DNA of 29,271 nucleotides from Zygophlyctis sp. KS116 (lineage: Eukaryota; Fungi; Chytridiomycota). Below the pieces are notes generated by a model. It was not told the origin of the DNA and did no database searches. It was given only the letters and a program-made list of their open reading frames with translations. Within the stretch, counting starts at the first letter, position 1, and the number at the start of each line of letters is the position of its first letter. Both the position numbers and the translations under genes were made by a program. Of the stretch, positions 1 to 10,501 are shown piece after piece. The stretch is from NCBI GenBank assembly GCA_054661495.1, contig BAAFSQ010000118.1:1-29271 (forward strand), written 5' to 3'.

Positions 1-208
1 ACCTAGTAATCTGAGCAGTAAAACTATATACCTTTCTAGTAATCCATCATGATTTTGATCATCACGGTTTAAAAATTAGGTTAGGTAGGGTTAGACCCTA
101 AGTTTCGGCATTACTTTTTTTACTTTTTAAGTTGTGTTTTGATCAGGTTAAACGCTTTTTGTTCACATTGCAAATTGAAAATTCTAATCTGATAATCCAA
201 TTTAACAA

Positions 209-3200
209 ATGAGAAAAAATAATCAAGCAAAGTAATTAAGTTAATGCTGATAAAAGGATTCACTTATCTAATGCTGCTGTTAAAAAGCTGAAGCGTCTTT
301 TTTATCAATCATGGAAATCTACTGGAAAACAGTCTGTGGAGAATTCATCTGATGATGATTCTGAAGTTAGTGATTCCAGTCAGTTAAGTCAAAGAGAAAA
401 AACAGATCCGATCTCAGTCAATCAATCGGATGGATTTGACATTGAATTGGCAGAGAAATGGATGCGATTAGTAACAAAGAATGGTGTTTCGGCGCAAGAA
501 ATTCTAGAGTTTTATCAGGAAACATTCGGATTCAAATGGTCCACAAAAAATGATCCGTTGGAATTCTACCAAAAATCCGAACAGGATATGATTTGTGAGC
601 GAAAAGAAGAATTGGAAAGTCTGGCAGACTGTACCATTGCGACTATTGGAAAAGAATTTGGTTCAGGATACAAAATTACTATGAAGATGCTAGTACCTTC
701 ATCTTTTACAGATATTCAATCAGATCAGGAAGGTCAAGTGAGCGTAGAGATTGAGATCTACATCAAGCTTTGGGATCGGTGTAGATATCCTTATGAAAAT
801 CCAATCTTTTTCGTTTTATCGAGTAAACTGGAGGCAGTACACTTATTTAATTTAACTTATGGGCTTCAAGCAGAAGCTGATTTGGAATGGTATGGAGGAC
901 CAATGATACAGAAATCTATAGATTGGATTATTGGGAAAAAGAGTAAGAGACGGCTAGCTGATTGTCCTTCAAATTATGTTCTTGCAAAAGCATATAATTC
1001 ATTAGAGATGAAAAAAATAAGGCCAAACAATGGAATTGTATCTAGGCCAAAAATTGAAAGGACTAAACCCATTCATAAAATTGAAAATGATACAGAGAAA
1101 GATTTAAACAATCAGCTGTATTTGGAAAATGTCGAAAAATTGAAAAAGAAATCTTATAAACGGTTATCAAAAGAAGTGGAATGTCTTCCAATACATAAAA
1201 TTCGTGATTGTTTGATAAAAACGATTGAAAATAATCCCTTGGTTATCATTTCTGGTGAAACAGGTATGCAATTGCTTTTTCTTACTCAAGGATCTGGTAA
1301 AAGTACGCAAGTTCCAAAATTGATCCTCGAGCACTATATCGTTTCTCAAAAAGGAGCTAAATGCAATATTCTTGTCACTCAACCACGTAGAATCGCAGCA
1401 ATTGGTCTGGCACAGAGAGTTTCTTATGAAAATTGTGAATCGGTCGGAGGATCTGTGGGTTATGCAATACGATTAGATAGTAAGTCAGGGCCATCAACTC
1501 AGATACTCTATTGTACAACAGGTGTCTTGCTAAAAAAACTGGAACAATCTCAGTCTTCAAGTTCCACTCTAAATGAATATTCGCACATCGTGATAGATGA
1601 AGTTCATGAGCGCTCCATTGACATCGACTTCATCTTACTGATTCTGAAATACCTGCTCTCTATAAGGACGGATTTAAAGGTGATCTTAATGAGTGCAACG
1701 GCTAATACCTTTTCTTTAGCAGAATATTTTGGAGGTAATCCTCCAATAATCCACATACCGGGCCGAACATACACAGTAGAAAATTTATATCTTGAAGATA
1801 TTTTGGCTGTGGTTCCTTATTCTCCAAAGGGTGAATATTGTAGTCAAAATTCAAAATATCATTCTGATGACTTAGAATATCTCGCCAATGAAGATAGTGG
1901 ATTATCTGTGGGAAGTCTCAAGAGTTTATATCCTGGAAAATCTGACTCCGTTTTGCATTCTTTACGTAAGATTGATCAGGAACATATTCAGTTTCCACTT
2001 ATCAAAAAAATTGTTCTCTTTTCTATTGGATATTTACGGGGAACAGAAAGCTTTACCCCAAATACGAAACCAAAAGTCAAGGTTAACACTGAACCTTCTT
2101 TATACAGGTGTATTTTAATTTTTTTACCTGGATTTCAGGAAATCCTTAAGCTTCGTAATATTTTGTTAGCTGATGATACAATTAAAAGTGCTACACTTAA
2201 TGGGAAATACTGCATGGCTCTTCATTCGTCTGTTTCTACAAGTGACCAGCGACAAATTTTTGAAATTCCAAATGATGGTCTTGTCAAAATTATTCTTTCG
2301 ACAAATATTGCTGAAACTTCATTGACTATCCCTGATGTTTCTCTAGTAATTGACTGCGGAAGAATGAAAGAAACACGGTTCGATTCATCTAAAGGAATAG
2401 TTTCGCTAGATACATGCTGGATCTCCAAAGCGAATGCGCTTCAGCGTAGTGGAAGAGCTGGCAGGATATGTCAGGGAAAATGTATACGTTTGTTTAGCTC
2501 AAGACGGTATGAAAAATTCGACAGTGAACAAACGCCTGAAATTCATCGAACACCTCTAGAACAGTTACTGCTTAAAATTAAAATGCTTAATATTTTAACC
2601 TCAGAATCTCTTTTGGAAGTTGTGCAGCGACTGATTGAACCCCCGCCGATTAATTCTGTGAGGTTATCCATTCGTGCTTTACAGTCGCTCAAGGTATTTT
2701 ACATTCACTCTGAATTTGAAATAGGCTCTGACACTGGAAGAATCACTAACTCCTTTGGGAGTACATTTAGGAAAACTTCCCTTGGACATCAGAGTAATTT
2801 TAGTTTCACTAAATAGTTAGATTGGGAAAATGCTACTATATGGGTGTATTTTTGACTGCCTTGAGCCCATTTTGACTATCGCAGCAATTATGACATGCAA
2901 GTCGCCCTTTTTGTTATCGTTGGAGAGTCGAAACCAGAATGATTATAAGAAATTGGACTTTTTTGGAGGAGATTCTGATCATATTACGCTACTTAATATG
3001 TATAACCAATGGATGATTTCTTGTCAAAAAGACCATGGATCCCAAAAGGCATTTCTTAAAGAGAATTCACTTTCACGACCAGTTTTGGATATGATCACTG
3101 CAACTAGGAAACAATTATTACAATATTTGATTGACATTCAGTTTATAAAGTCGGGAGACATTAAAAAAGCCTCGCTAGTTACTGATAATCTCTTGATCAA

Positions 3201-3657
3201 AAGCGTTCTAGTTGCTGCATTATATCCAAACATTATTCAATCGATTCCTGATATTCCAGAAAAGCCTAAAAAATATCAATTGTTTTCTGCTAGTGGTGAA
3301 AAAATCAGAATTCATCCTTCTTCAGTTTTTAAAAATTCAACAAAGCTTTGGCCTCCATTTGTATTATACTTGGAAAAAGTCAAGACTAATCACATATTTA
3401 TACGAGATGCTACTCTTATTGATCCAATTGCACTAGTACTATTTGGAGGAGAAGTTTTTACAAATGGGAAAAAGATAATAATGGAAAATGGATGGATACG
3501 TATAACAAGCCCAAATGCTCAACTTTTGCAAACACTGCGTAAAGAATTGGATACTATTTTATCTCAGAAATTAGAAAATCCCCTTTTAAATTTGAACAAA
3601 TTCAAATTGTTCACTGCAATCAAAAATCTCGTATCTTCGGGCGGACAGAAAGTATAA
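209..3657 (+). CDS. DEAH-box RNA helicase, DHX57/DHX36/DHX29-like (RWD-like N-terminus, helicase core, HA2, OB-fold), ~1112 aa after splicing
   Basis: Motifs GETG|SGKST, TQPRRIAA, DEVHER, MSAT, STNIAETSLTIPDV, QRSGRAGR. Introns 232-256 (25 nt), 1264-1290 (27), 2694-2724 (31), 2794-2820 (27). Splicing restores Walker A and the HA2 segment LTPLGVHLGKLPLDIRIGKMLLYG, and joins ORFs 336..2816 and 2830..3657. Confidence 0.93.
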
Positions 3658-3660
3658 TAC

Positions 3661-4164
3661 TTATTCCAAGGCATGATACCAACCTGAATCAACTGCTTGT
3701 CCATTTGAAGACTCTACTTTGAACCACAAATAATCATGTTTCCCTCTCCAATAGTAGATTAGAAATACTGGTCCGGAAACCAACATTGGTCCAGTCTGAA
3801 TCGCTACATCAGGTGCAATGACTGGACCAGGCATCATAAGAGGTATGGCATTTGTATCTAGAGATTCTGTAACTTGATCTGGACTTCCTAATGCAGATAT
3901 AATATCAGACGAGAGAGAGTTTTTCAAGATTTTCTGCATATCTTGCATGAGTTTATGTTTTTTTCCATTGAATCCATCAACATCAGAGTTGTATTCTCCA
4001 TCTTGGAAATGTCCTTTAGTTGATCTTAGAGTTGCCCATTGCTCAGCTAATGCTGGTAAATCATCATTCGACATTGTATAAACAGATTGCACTAGAAAAA
4101 ACAAGGATAGGATAATGAATAGGCTATTTTTTCTCAGACAAGAGAGTTGAGAAGAGTTTTTCAT
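3661..4164 (-). CDS. Hypothetical protein, probably secreted (167 aa)
   Basis: Intronless ORF from ATG 4164 (alternative ATG at MSNDD). Hydrophobic N-terminal stretch LFIILSLFFLVQSVYT and a conserved-looking aromatic C-terminus LIYYWRGKHDYLWF...SGWYHALE. Confidence 0.75.
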   Translation of the reverse strand: MKNSSQLSCLRKNSLFIILSLFFLVQSVYTMSNDDLPALAEQWATLRSTKGHFQDGEYNSDVDGFNGKKHKLMQDMQKILKNSLSSDIISALGSPDQVTESLDTNAIPLMMPGPVIAPDVAIQTGPMLVSGPVFLIYYWRGKHDYLWFKVESSNGQAVDSGWYHALE

Positions 4165-4205
4165 TCTCAAGAAGCGGAAAATTTTTAACTTTGGCTTTGA
4201 AAGGC

Positions 4206-5375
4206 TTAACCATTATAAATTGTGAATGCGCCATCCGAGACTGTCCCCTGATTTTCTATTTCACTTTTTAAACTTGCATTGAATGCCTCTGGATTATCCA
4301 AATATAAATGATGCCCCGCATTTTCAATTAGAACAATTTTACAACCATTCTTGATCTTATCAACTACAGTGAGCGCTCCTCTAAAGTCCATCCAGTCATG
4401 CGTTCCATATATAAATGTAACTGGCATCTTTAATCCATGTATTCTATCATACAATGGATATTTAGCCCATGCCTAAAATAAAACAGTAAAAGTCTTACAC
4501 CAGGCAATAATAATCGATTAAGTGCATACTCTCCACTTCCAGTTTGTGCAGAAATATGGTAAATATATTCATGAAGCTTTAATAGTTCATTTGGATCTAA
4601 ATTTGAAAACCTTTTTCCAGTATAATTTTTCAAAAGAGATGATCCAAATGGTCCGAATAAACGTAATACCATCATTGGTGTAATATTCCAACTCCATAAT
4701 TTTCTTAAAATTCCAGATCTTGATTTCATAACAGGAGCTTTTGGTACTCCCACTATTAAATTAGTTACTTTACTTACCCGGTGAAACTAAAATCAACTTT
4801 TCAACTCTATTTGGAAATTTTAGAGCATAACAACAATTTAAATAGCCACCTAACGAGTGTCCAACAAGAGTCATTTTAGAAATACCTTTTGTAATTCTCC
4901 AATCTTCTAATGAATCCACAAAAAATGATTCTGCTTGTAATGCATCATCCAAACCTGAATTCTTTTTAGATTTTGGGAATTTCGGCCTGCTGCTATTAGC
5001 CATTCCCAGCCAATCCATTGAATAGACATTCCAGTCATTTAAGGAAGCCAATGCAGGATAATTACGATAAAAGAAACCCAATCCAGCAGCATATCCATGA
5101 GTTAAAACAAGAGTATTCTTGTATATATTTGATTTTAGACTAAGAGTATTTATAAAACGATTTTGTCCGATATCAACATATTGCAAATGTTTATTCGGTA
5201 AGTTCATTAATAGATTTGATTCTGCTAGTAATGCTCTTTTTCTAGAGGTTCTAGACCATAGGTATGCTGGTCTCTCTGAGAATGGATGTGGAAATAGTAA
5301 CAATCTCTCTGCATTAAGTCTTGTCAATAGATTAGCAACTGTCTGCCGATGCTGTAAAAGGGATTTGTAAAACAT
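4206..5375 (-). CDS. Alpha/beta hydrolase of the Cld1/Ict1/ABHD4-5 family (cardiolipin deacylase-like), ~372 aa
   Basis: HGYAAGLGFF oxyanion motif, DWLGMANSSRP, GHSLGG nucleophile elbow, FIYGTHDWMD, AGHHLYLDNP (HxxxxD). Introns 4753-4777 (25 nt) and 4473-4498 (26 nt) restore LVSP|VGVP and PG|AWAKYPL. Start at 5375 inferred. Confidence 0.9.
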
Positions 5376-5379
5376 TTCA

Positions 5380-6398
5380 ATGAAAAATTGTATCAAACTC
5401 TTTGAATTTGATACAATTCTCTCTGCTGATTCTGTGGAATTCTGTCCGTTCAAGCCGAATTGGCTGGCATTGGGGACTTATCAAAAGGAAGATGATGGTA
5501 GAATTGGAGAGATAAGTCTAATTGAATTTTCAAATGATGAATTCAAGGTAATCAAGTATACTGACATTAAGGTATTAGATAAGTTTACTACTAGTGGGAT
5601 CCTTGATATGAAATGGATTCATCAACCATTGAATGGATTACCTCACTTGAGTATTGTCACATCAACAGGACAATTAATACTCCTAAAAGTATTTAATGAA
5701 TCTTTTAAGAAAGCATTAGACTATCAAGGGGATGCATCAACTCTTTTATTATCTTTAGATTGGTCAAATCGTATTTTAAAGAATTGTCCTGAAAGATGTA
5801 TTACAAGTTCAAGTAGTGGTGTCTTGTCCTTGTTTAATCTTGAAAATCTTGAAATAATAAGGGAATTCAATGCACATTCATTTGAAGCATGGATAAGTGC
5901 TTTTGATTATTGGGATCCTAATATAGTATATTCAGGAGGAGATGATGGATTATTTAAAGGTTGGGATATGAATAGCGGTAAAAATACTTTTATCAAAAAA
6001 TTCGATGCAGGTGTTACTAGTATTTCTAGTCATCCTTTAAGAGAATATATTCTTGCATCTGGAAGGTATATTTTAAATTGGTAATAGTAAAAAGTTATGA
6101 TGAAGTTTTGAATTGTTGGGACACTAGAAATTTAAAAACTCCTTTATCAGAACTTAATATGGGAGGTGGAATATGGAGAATAAAATGGCATCCCTATGAT
6201 CCAAATCTTTTAATTACAGCTTGTATGTATAATGGATTTCATATTTTATCTTTTGATCAGAAATTGGAAATTCAGGACTCGTATAATGGTCACAAATCTA
6301 TAGCTTATGGTGTTGACTGGGCGTATAATAGAGAAAAGAACATTTTTGGGTCATGTTCATTTTATGATCATTTATTACACATTGTAGACTATTTATAG
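5380..6398 (+). CDS. DPH7: Diphthine methylesterase Dph7/WDR85 (WD40 protein), ~321 aa
   Basis: SADSVEFCP, GTYQ, GILDMKW, AHSFEAWISAFDYW, YSGGDD, GS|YDE, GGGIWRIKWHP, HKSIAYGVDW, SCSFYD. Introns 5548-5571 (24 nt, in frame) and 6066-6094 (29 nt). Confidence 0.93.
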
Positions 6399-6476
6399 TT
6401 TAATACAAAATTTGCACTCTTTAAATAGAAATCTTAAATTAGCTCAAGAAATCTGCGGCAACCCGTTTCAAAAATT

Positions 6477-8133
6477 ATGGCTTGTTGTGGAAGAGATGCT
6501 AAATGGAAGAGAGAAAAGATTCAAGATCACAAGTTTGACTATATTGATGTAGATGACTTTATTTCAAAGTCTTGTCTCTCTTACTCAAAGTATGGATTGG
6601 TCTATGTAATGACCCTAAAGTCCATACTATCATATATGGCTGAATTGATCATGGTCATTCTCCTGATTCTAGTTGTTGCTCAGATAAGGATTGACGGTCT
6701 ACCAGATCCATCTGTCAATAACCTTCAAGGAGGCAATAGTACAACTACTGCTGGTCAAAAAAGTATTCAAGAGGTACTTAGTGGTGGGTTCTTGGCTGAT
6801 CCAAGTGTTAGAATTGGGTTGATTATTGCCTCTGTATTTGTCTCTTATATTCTTTTAGCATTCGAATGGAAAAAAGCATTTACTATAATTCAATCAAGGG
6901 ACATATCTTATGCATTTACATCAACTATTGCTTATAGATATTATGCAATTAGATCATTTCCTCACTTTTGTGTGTTTGATAAGATCAACAAATCAAAAAA
7001 GATTAAAGATACTCTAAGTTTATGGGTATATTTTAGATTGAAAGGTATAGTTCTTAAAACTTATAAATAGGATGGAAGAAACTGATATTTGCTGAAAGTC
7101 CTAGACAAATTCTAAATGCTCTAAATGTGTATACTGCTCTCCGATTTTATGTAAGAATTTAAAAGACTTATTTTAGGCAAAAGATAAAGGAGGGGGTATT
7201 AAGGAGCTTTTCGATGCATTTTCAGTTCTCAGAACAAACATGAACCTTGCTGTTGTACTAGTTCTCTCAAGTATTCTCGTTTTAGTTTGGATGATTTCTA
7301 TCCTGACATTGATAATTGCATTTTTTATGTACATCTTTCTAGTGCAATCCATTCGAGGAAATCTCAAAGAGTATTGTGTTCATAAGATAGATAAAAGAAT
7401 TGATGGTCTTTTGAAAAAGAAATCCAGAAAACGAGTTTTAGACGCTCGCAAGGCAGAATTAGAAGAATTGGAAAGGCATAGAAATGATAAAGATGATCGG
7501 GCTGCTCCGCCTCTTGGGATGGCCATAGGTCCTAGGTATCCTAATCTTGCCTTGAATTATGAAAATGGATCAGAATATGGTGACTCATCTTACGCTGCTT
7601 CAGATTATGGTGGCGGGGATAATATGTATCCAAGACCTCTAGCTCCTCAGAGAGCTAATTACGGTGATAGCTATGCTAGATCTGATTATGGTGGTCCTGC
7701 GAGATCTGATTATGGTGGTCCTGCGAGATCTGATTATGGAGGTCCTGCAAGATCTGAATATGGAGGTCCTGCGAGATCTGATTATAGTGGTCCTGCGAGA
7801 TCTGATTATGGTGGTCCTGCAAGATCTGATTATGGTGGTCCTGCAATATCTGAATTTGGAGGTCCTGCAAGATCTGAATATGGCGGATATGGAAATTATG
7901 CTGGCTCTAATTTTGGGGGGCTTAATAATAATCCTTATGCGGGGTCTGCAGCGGGAAGTCAAGTAGGCTACCCCCAAGGTAAACCTTACTATAATCAATC
8001 CCCATCAGAGTATGGTGGATCTGAAAGTCAAACATATTCACCAAGTTATGCAGCTCAAAAAGCAAATTCAGGGCTATCACCTGTTCCAGAAAGATATGGA
8101 TCAAATCCACAGAATCAATATCATCAGGGATGA
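6477..8133 (+). CDS. Kch1/Prm6-family fungal potassium transporter-like membrane protein with low-complexity C-terminal tail, ~534 aa
   Basis: N-terminus KWKREKIQDHKFDYIDVDDF, several TM helices, FRLKG|WKKLIFAESPRQILNA, GNLKEYCVHKIDKRI. Introns 7045-7070 and 7151-7176 (26 nt each). Confidence 0.85.
7675..7890 (+). repeat. Coding tandem repeat, 24-nt unit x ~9, encoding ARS(D/E)YGGP
   Basis: GC(G/A)AGATCTGATTATGGTGGTCCT and close variants, seen directly. Confidence 0.97.
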
Positions 8134-8312
8134 TTTGATTGATATCTATTTTTGATATCTCATCAAGTTTGTCAAGATTGGAATAAAATTAATCATTTGT
8201 TATGAATGCATTTACTAGCAGCTTGGATAGAAAGCGTGAGGCACAACCCCATCTAAGCTGATTAACTGTCAGCAGTGATTTACCCTAGAGCCTTTAGTCG
8301 GTATATTAAAAA

Positions 8313-9095
8313 ATGACTGTGCCAGAGTTGAGAGATGAAATCAATGATTCAAATGATGAGTTCTACGAGCCTCCTGCAAAATCAATTGCCAAAAAACCCA
8401 AAAGAAAAAAATCTCAATCTCAATCAGGATCTACCATACAGGTTTGTATCAATTGTTCTACATCATCTACTCCACTTTGGCGCAGAGATGGTAGAGGTCT
8501 TCCAGTGTGTAACGCTTGTGGACTATATTATAAACTTCACGGTACTCATCGCCCAATAGCTCTAAAGAAGTCGATCAGTTATACCAGAAAACGCAAAAAG
8601 GAAGTTAATTATTCTATTCATCTTGAGGAAGGATACAATGAAAGTTCTACAGCTTCAAATTCATCTGCATCTCTGGATATGGATCATTCTTTAATGGAGG
8701 ATCAGATTACTAATAATGTTGTAAATTGCTTATCAAATATGCGCCGGTCGCTATCTCTACCGTCTCCAATGACAACTGGCTCTAATTCATGGATACATAA
8801 TTCCACAATGTCAGACTTCTCATCTAGCGTGACAAATGTTAATTTTACTGGTGAACGACTTGCAATGATTCAAGTTGAATCTATTAATGGAAATAGACCT
8901 AGATTGCCTCCTATTCATTGTATTCTTCCAGAAAAAGTTTATATTCCCTCTGGATCTTTCTCTCCAATAGCTGATACGAGCGAATCTTCACCCAGATCCT
9001 GTGAAGAAACCTCTCTGCTGGAAAGTGAATGTTGTGGACTGGATCCCTTGATGACTCTAGCTTCTGTTTCTGTAGCATTGTCAGTTTACAAATAA
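8313..9095 (+). CDS. GATA zinc-finger transcription factor (single C-x2-C-x17-C-x2-C finger), 260 aa
   Basis: [37 protein letters not shown] followed by basic RKRKK; intronless. Confidence 0.93.
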   Translation: MTVPELRDEINDSNDEFYEPPAKSIAKKPKRKKSQSQSGSTIQVCINCSTSSTPLWRRDGRGLPVCNACGLYYKLHGTHRPIALKKSISYTRKRKKEVNYSIHLEEGYNESSTASNSSASLDMDHSLMEDQITNNVVNCLSNMRRSLSLPSPMTTGSNSWIHNSTMSDFSSSVTNVNFTGERLAMIQVESINGNRPRLPPIHCILPEKVYIPSGSFSPIADTSESSPRSCEETSLLESECCGLDPLMTLASVSVALSVYK

Positions 9096-9282
9096 ATAAA
9101 ATATGATGTCTCATTGTATGTAGTGATTTATGGGTGAAAACGAGTAATTAGATCTCGGAATTTTTGCTCTTCGGCATTTTGTTATTTTGTCTGACATCAT
9201 CCATCGTTTAAAGTTTTAAGAAAACATTTAAGTACATGAATTTAAATTAATAATGTAGATTTAATTTACAAACAAGATCATC

Positions 9283-9667
9283 ATGAATACATTATCTTTA
9301 GCATCCCCTACTAGTTCATATCAATCAACTTTATCATCGGTAAATTTATCAGGGGATTCTATGAATTCTAGAACAAAGGATCAATTTGCTGAAGAGAAAA
9401 GAATTCGAAGATTAATTCGCAATCGTGAGGCAGCCAAAAGGTAATTTTAATCTTGATCATCAAAACCCCGATAATGTCTTTTTAACAGTAAGGAATCGAC
9501 TCAAGAAAAAAGAATGGATCAGTGGACTTCAGAAATCAAACTTAAATATTATAGACATTAATGCAAATCTGGTATCACGCATGATGGCCCTTCAAGAGGA
9601 CCTCGCAAAACTGCAAAGTATATTGCATCAAGCAGGCTACGAATCCAGCGCCATTCCCAAGGTCTAA
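9283..9667 (+). CDS. Small bZIP transcription factor, ~110 aa
   Basis: ATG 9283. Removing intron 9441-9492 (52 nt) gives basic region KRIRRLIRNREAAKRNRLKKKEWI (N-x7-R), followed by a leucine heptad LQKSNLNIIDINANLVSRMMALQEDLAKLQSIL. Confidence 0.85.
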
Positions 9668-9942
9668 AATAATTATTGTCCGAAATTATAGATCACAACC
9701 TTCCCACAAAAAAATTAATAGATGCAAAATTTTAAGCAACATATTTTCCCCGAGACTATTTCATACATCTCTTTGTAGAAAAATTAATTATTTCCTGGTC
9801 TATGAAGATTAACGGACATATATTTAAAGATATATCCAAAACTACGGAATTTAAACTGCCTGAAAAGCCTAAAAATTGAACATGACATGTCAATTTATAA
9901 AAGCACATATAACTGTTCTTTCAGACATTTCTCACAACCGGC

Positions 9943-9947
9943 AAAAA
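9943..9947 (-). terminator. Pol III oligo-T terminator for tRNA-Lys
   Basis: TTTTT on the minus strand, 8 nt downstream of the tRNA 3' end. Confidence 0.65.
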
Positions 9948-9955
9948 GATTTCCA

Positions 9956-10028
9956 AGCCCAACGTGGGGGTCGAACCCACAACCTTGAGATTAAGAGTCT
10001 CACGCTCTACCGATTGAGCTAGCTAGGC
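9956..10028 (-). tRNA. tRNA-Lys (anticodon CTT), intronless, 73 nt
   Basis: GCCTAGCTAGCTCAATCGGTAGAGCGTGAGACTCTTAATCTCAAGGTTGTGGGTTCGACCCCCACGTTGGGCT. Acceptor, D, anticodon (TGAGA-CTCTTAA-TCTCA) and T (GTTCGA) arms all pair. Confidence 0.97.
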
Positions 10029-10120
10029 TGTACGACCCTAAAAAATTGCACTTTTACATATACCAATGTTTTTTTATCACAATAATCAATGCAAGTATCA
10101 TCAAGGGTTTTGTGGATTTT

Positions 10121-10445
10121 ATGTCAACATTTGCATGCCATTGTGACTGTAACGGAACATCTCTCTTATTAGATGTTATCAATTGTATGAATTGTACAAC
10201 CCCGTTTTGTGCAGCGTTACCATGTAATTCAACTCTCAAGGTGGATTGCTTTCGTAAGTTTTGATTTATTAATCTTGTAAGAGAAAAAAAGTTCTAAAGA
10301 TGAAGCGATTGTGATATCTTTCATACTTGTTGTTGTGATTTTGATCACGCTGATTGGTTTAAAACCGTGGCTCTCGATTATTGTAAGATTTAATTGGATC
10401 TCATCTTAGCCAAACAAGTTTTATGAACTCATAGAGGATGAATAA
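10121..10445 (+). CDS. Small Cys-rich single-pass membrane protein, fungal conserved-hypothetical type (start uncertain)
   Basis: FACHCDC...CMNCTTPFC...C...CF|QKKSSKDEAIV followed by a TM helix and KPW. Introns 10254-10281 (28 nt) and 10383-10409 (27 nt). The frame stays open upstream to 10046. Confidence 0.7.
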
Positions 10446-10501
10446 AAATAATTTCAGTAGGATTTAGTCCAGTTTATGTAATAAATTCAGAGCATATTTG
10501 A

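Noticed and set aside
76-101. Telomere-like TTAGG/TAGGG words (TTAGGTTAGGTAGGGTTAGACCCTAA)
   Set aside because: Only 3-4 irregular units in a gene-proximal position; not a telomeric array.
5376-5453. N-terminal extension of the hydrolase ORF overlapping DPH7
   Set aside because: Begins at a non-ATG codon and is antisense to conserved DPH7 sequence; ATG 5375 is preferred.
7639-7998. Repetitive alternative-frame ORFs (VVLRDLIM, SRRTTIIR, QDHHNQI) and a CRISPR-like appearance
   Set aside because: By-products of a stop-free 24-nt coding repeat; units are contiguous without spacers and the context is eukaryotic.
9441-9492. HAC1/XBP1-type Ire1 intron in the bZIP gene
   Set aside because: Canonical GT-AG ends, located within the basic region, and no CNGCNG stem-loop sites recognised.
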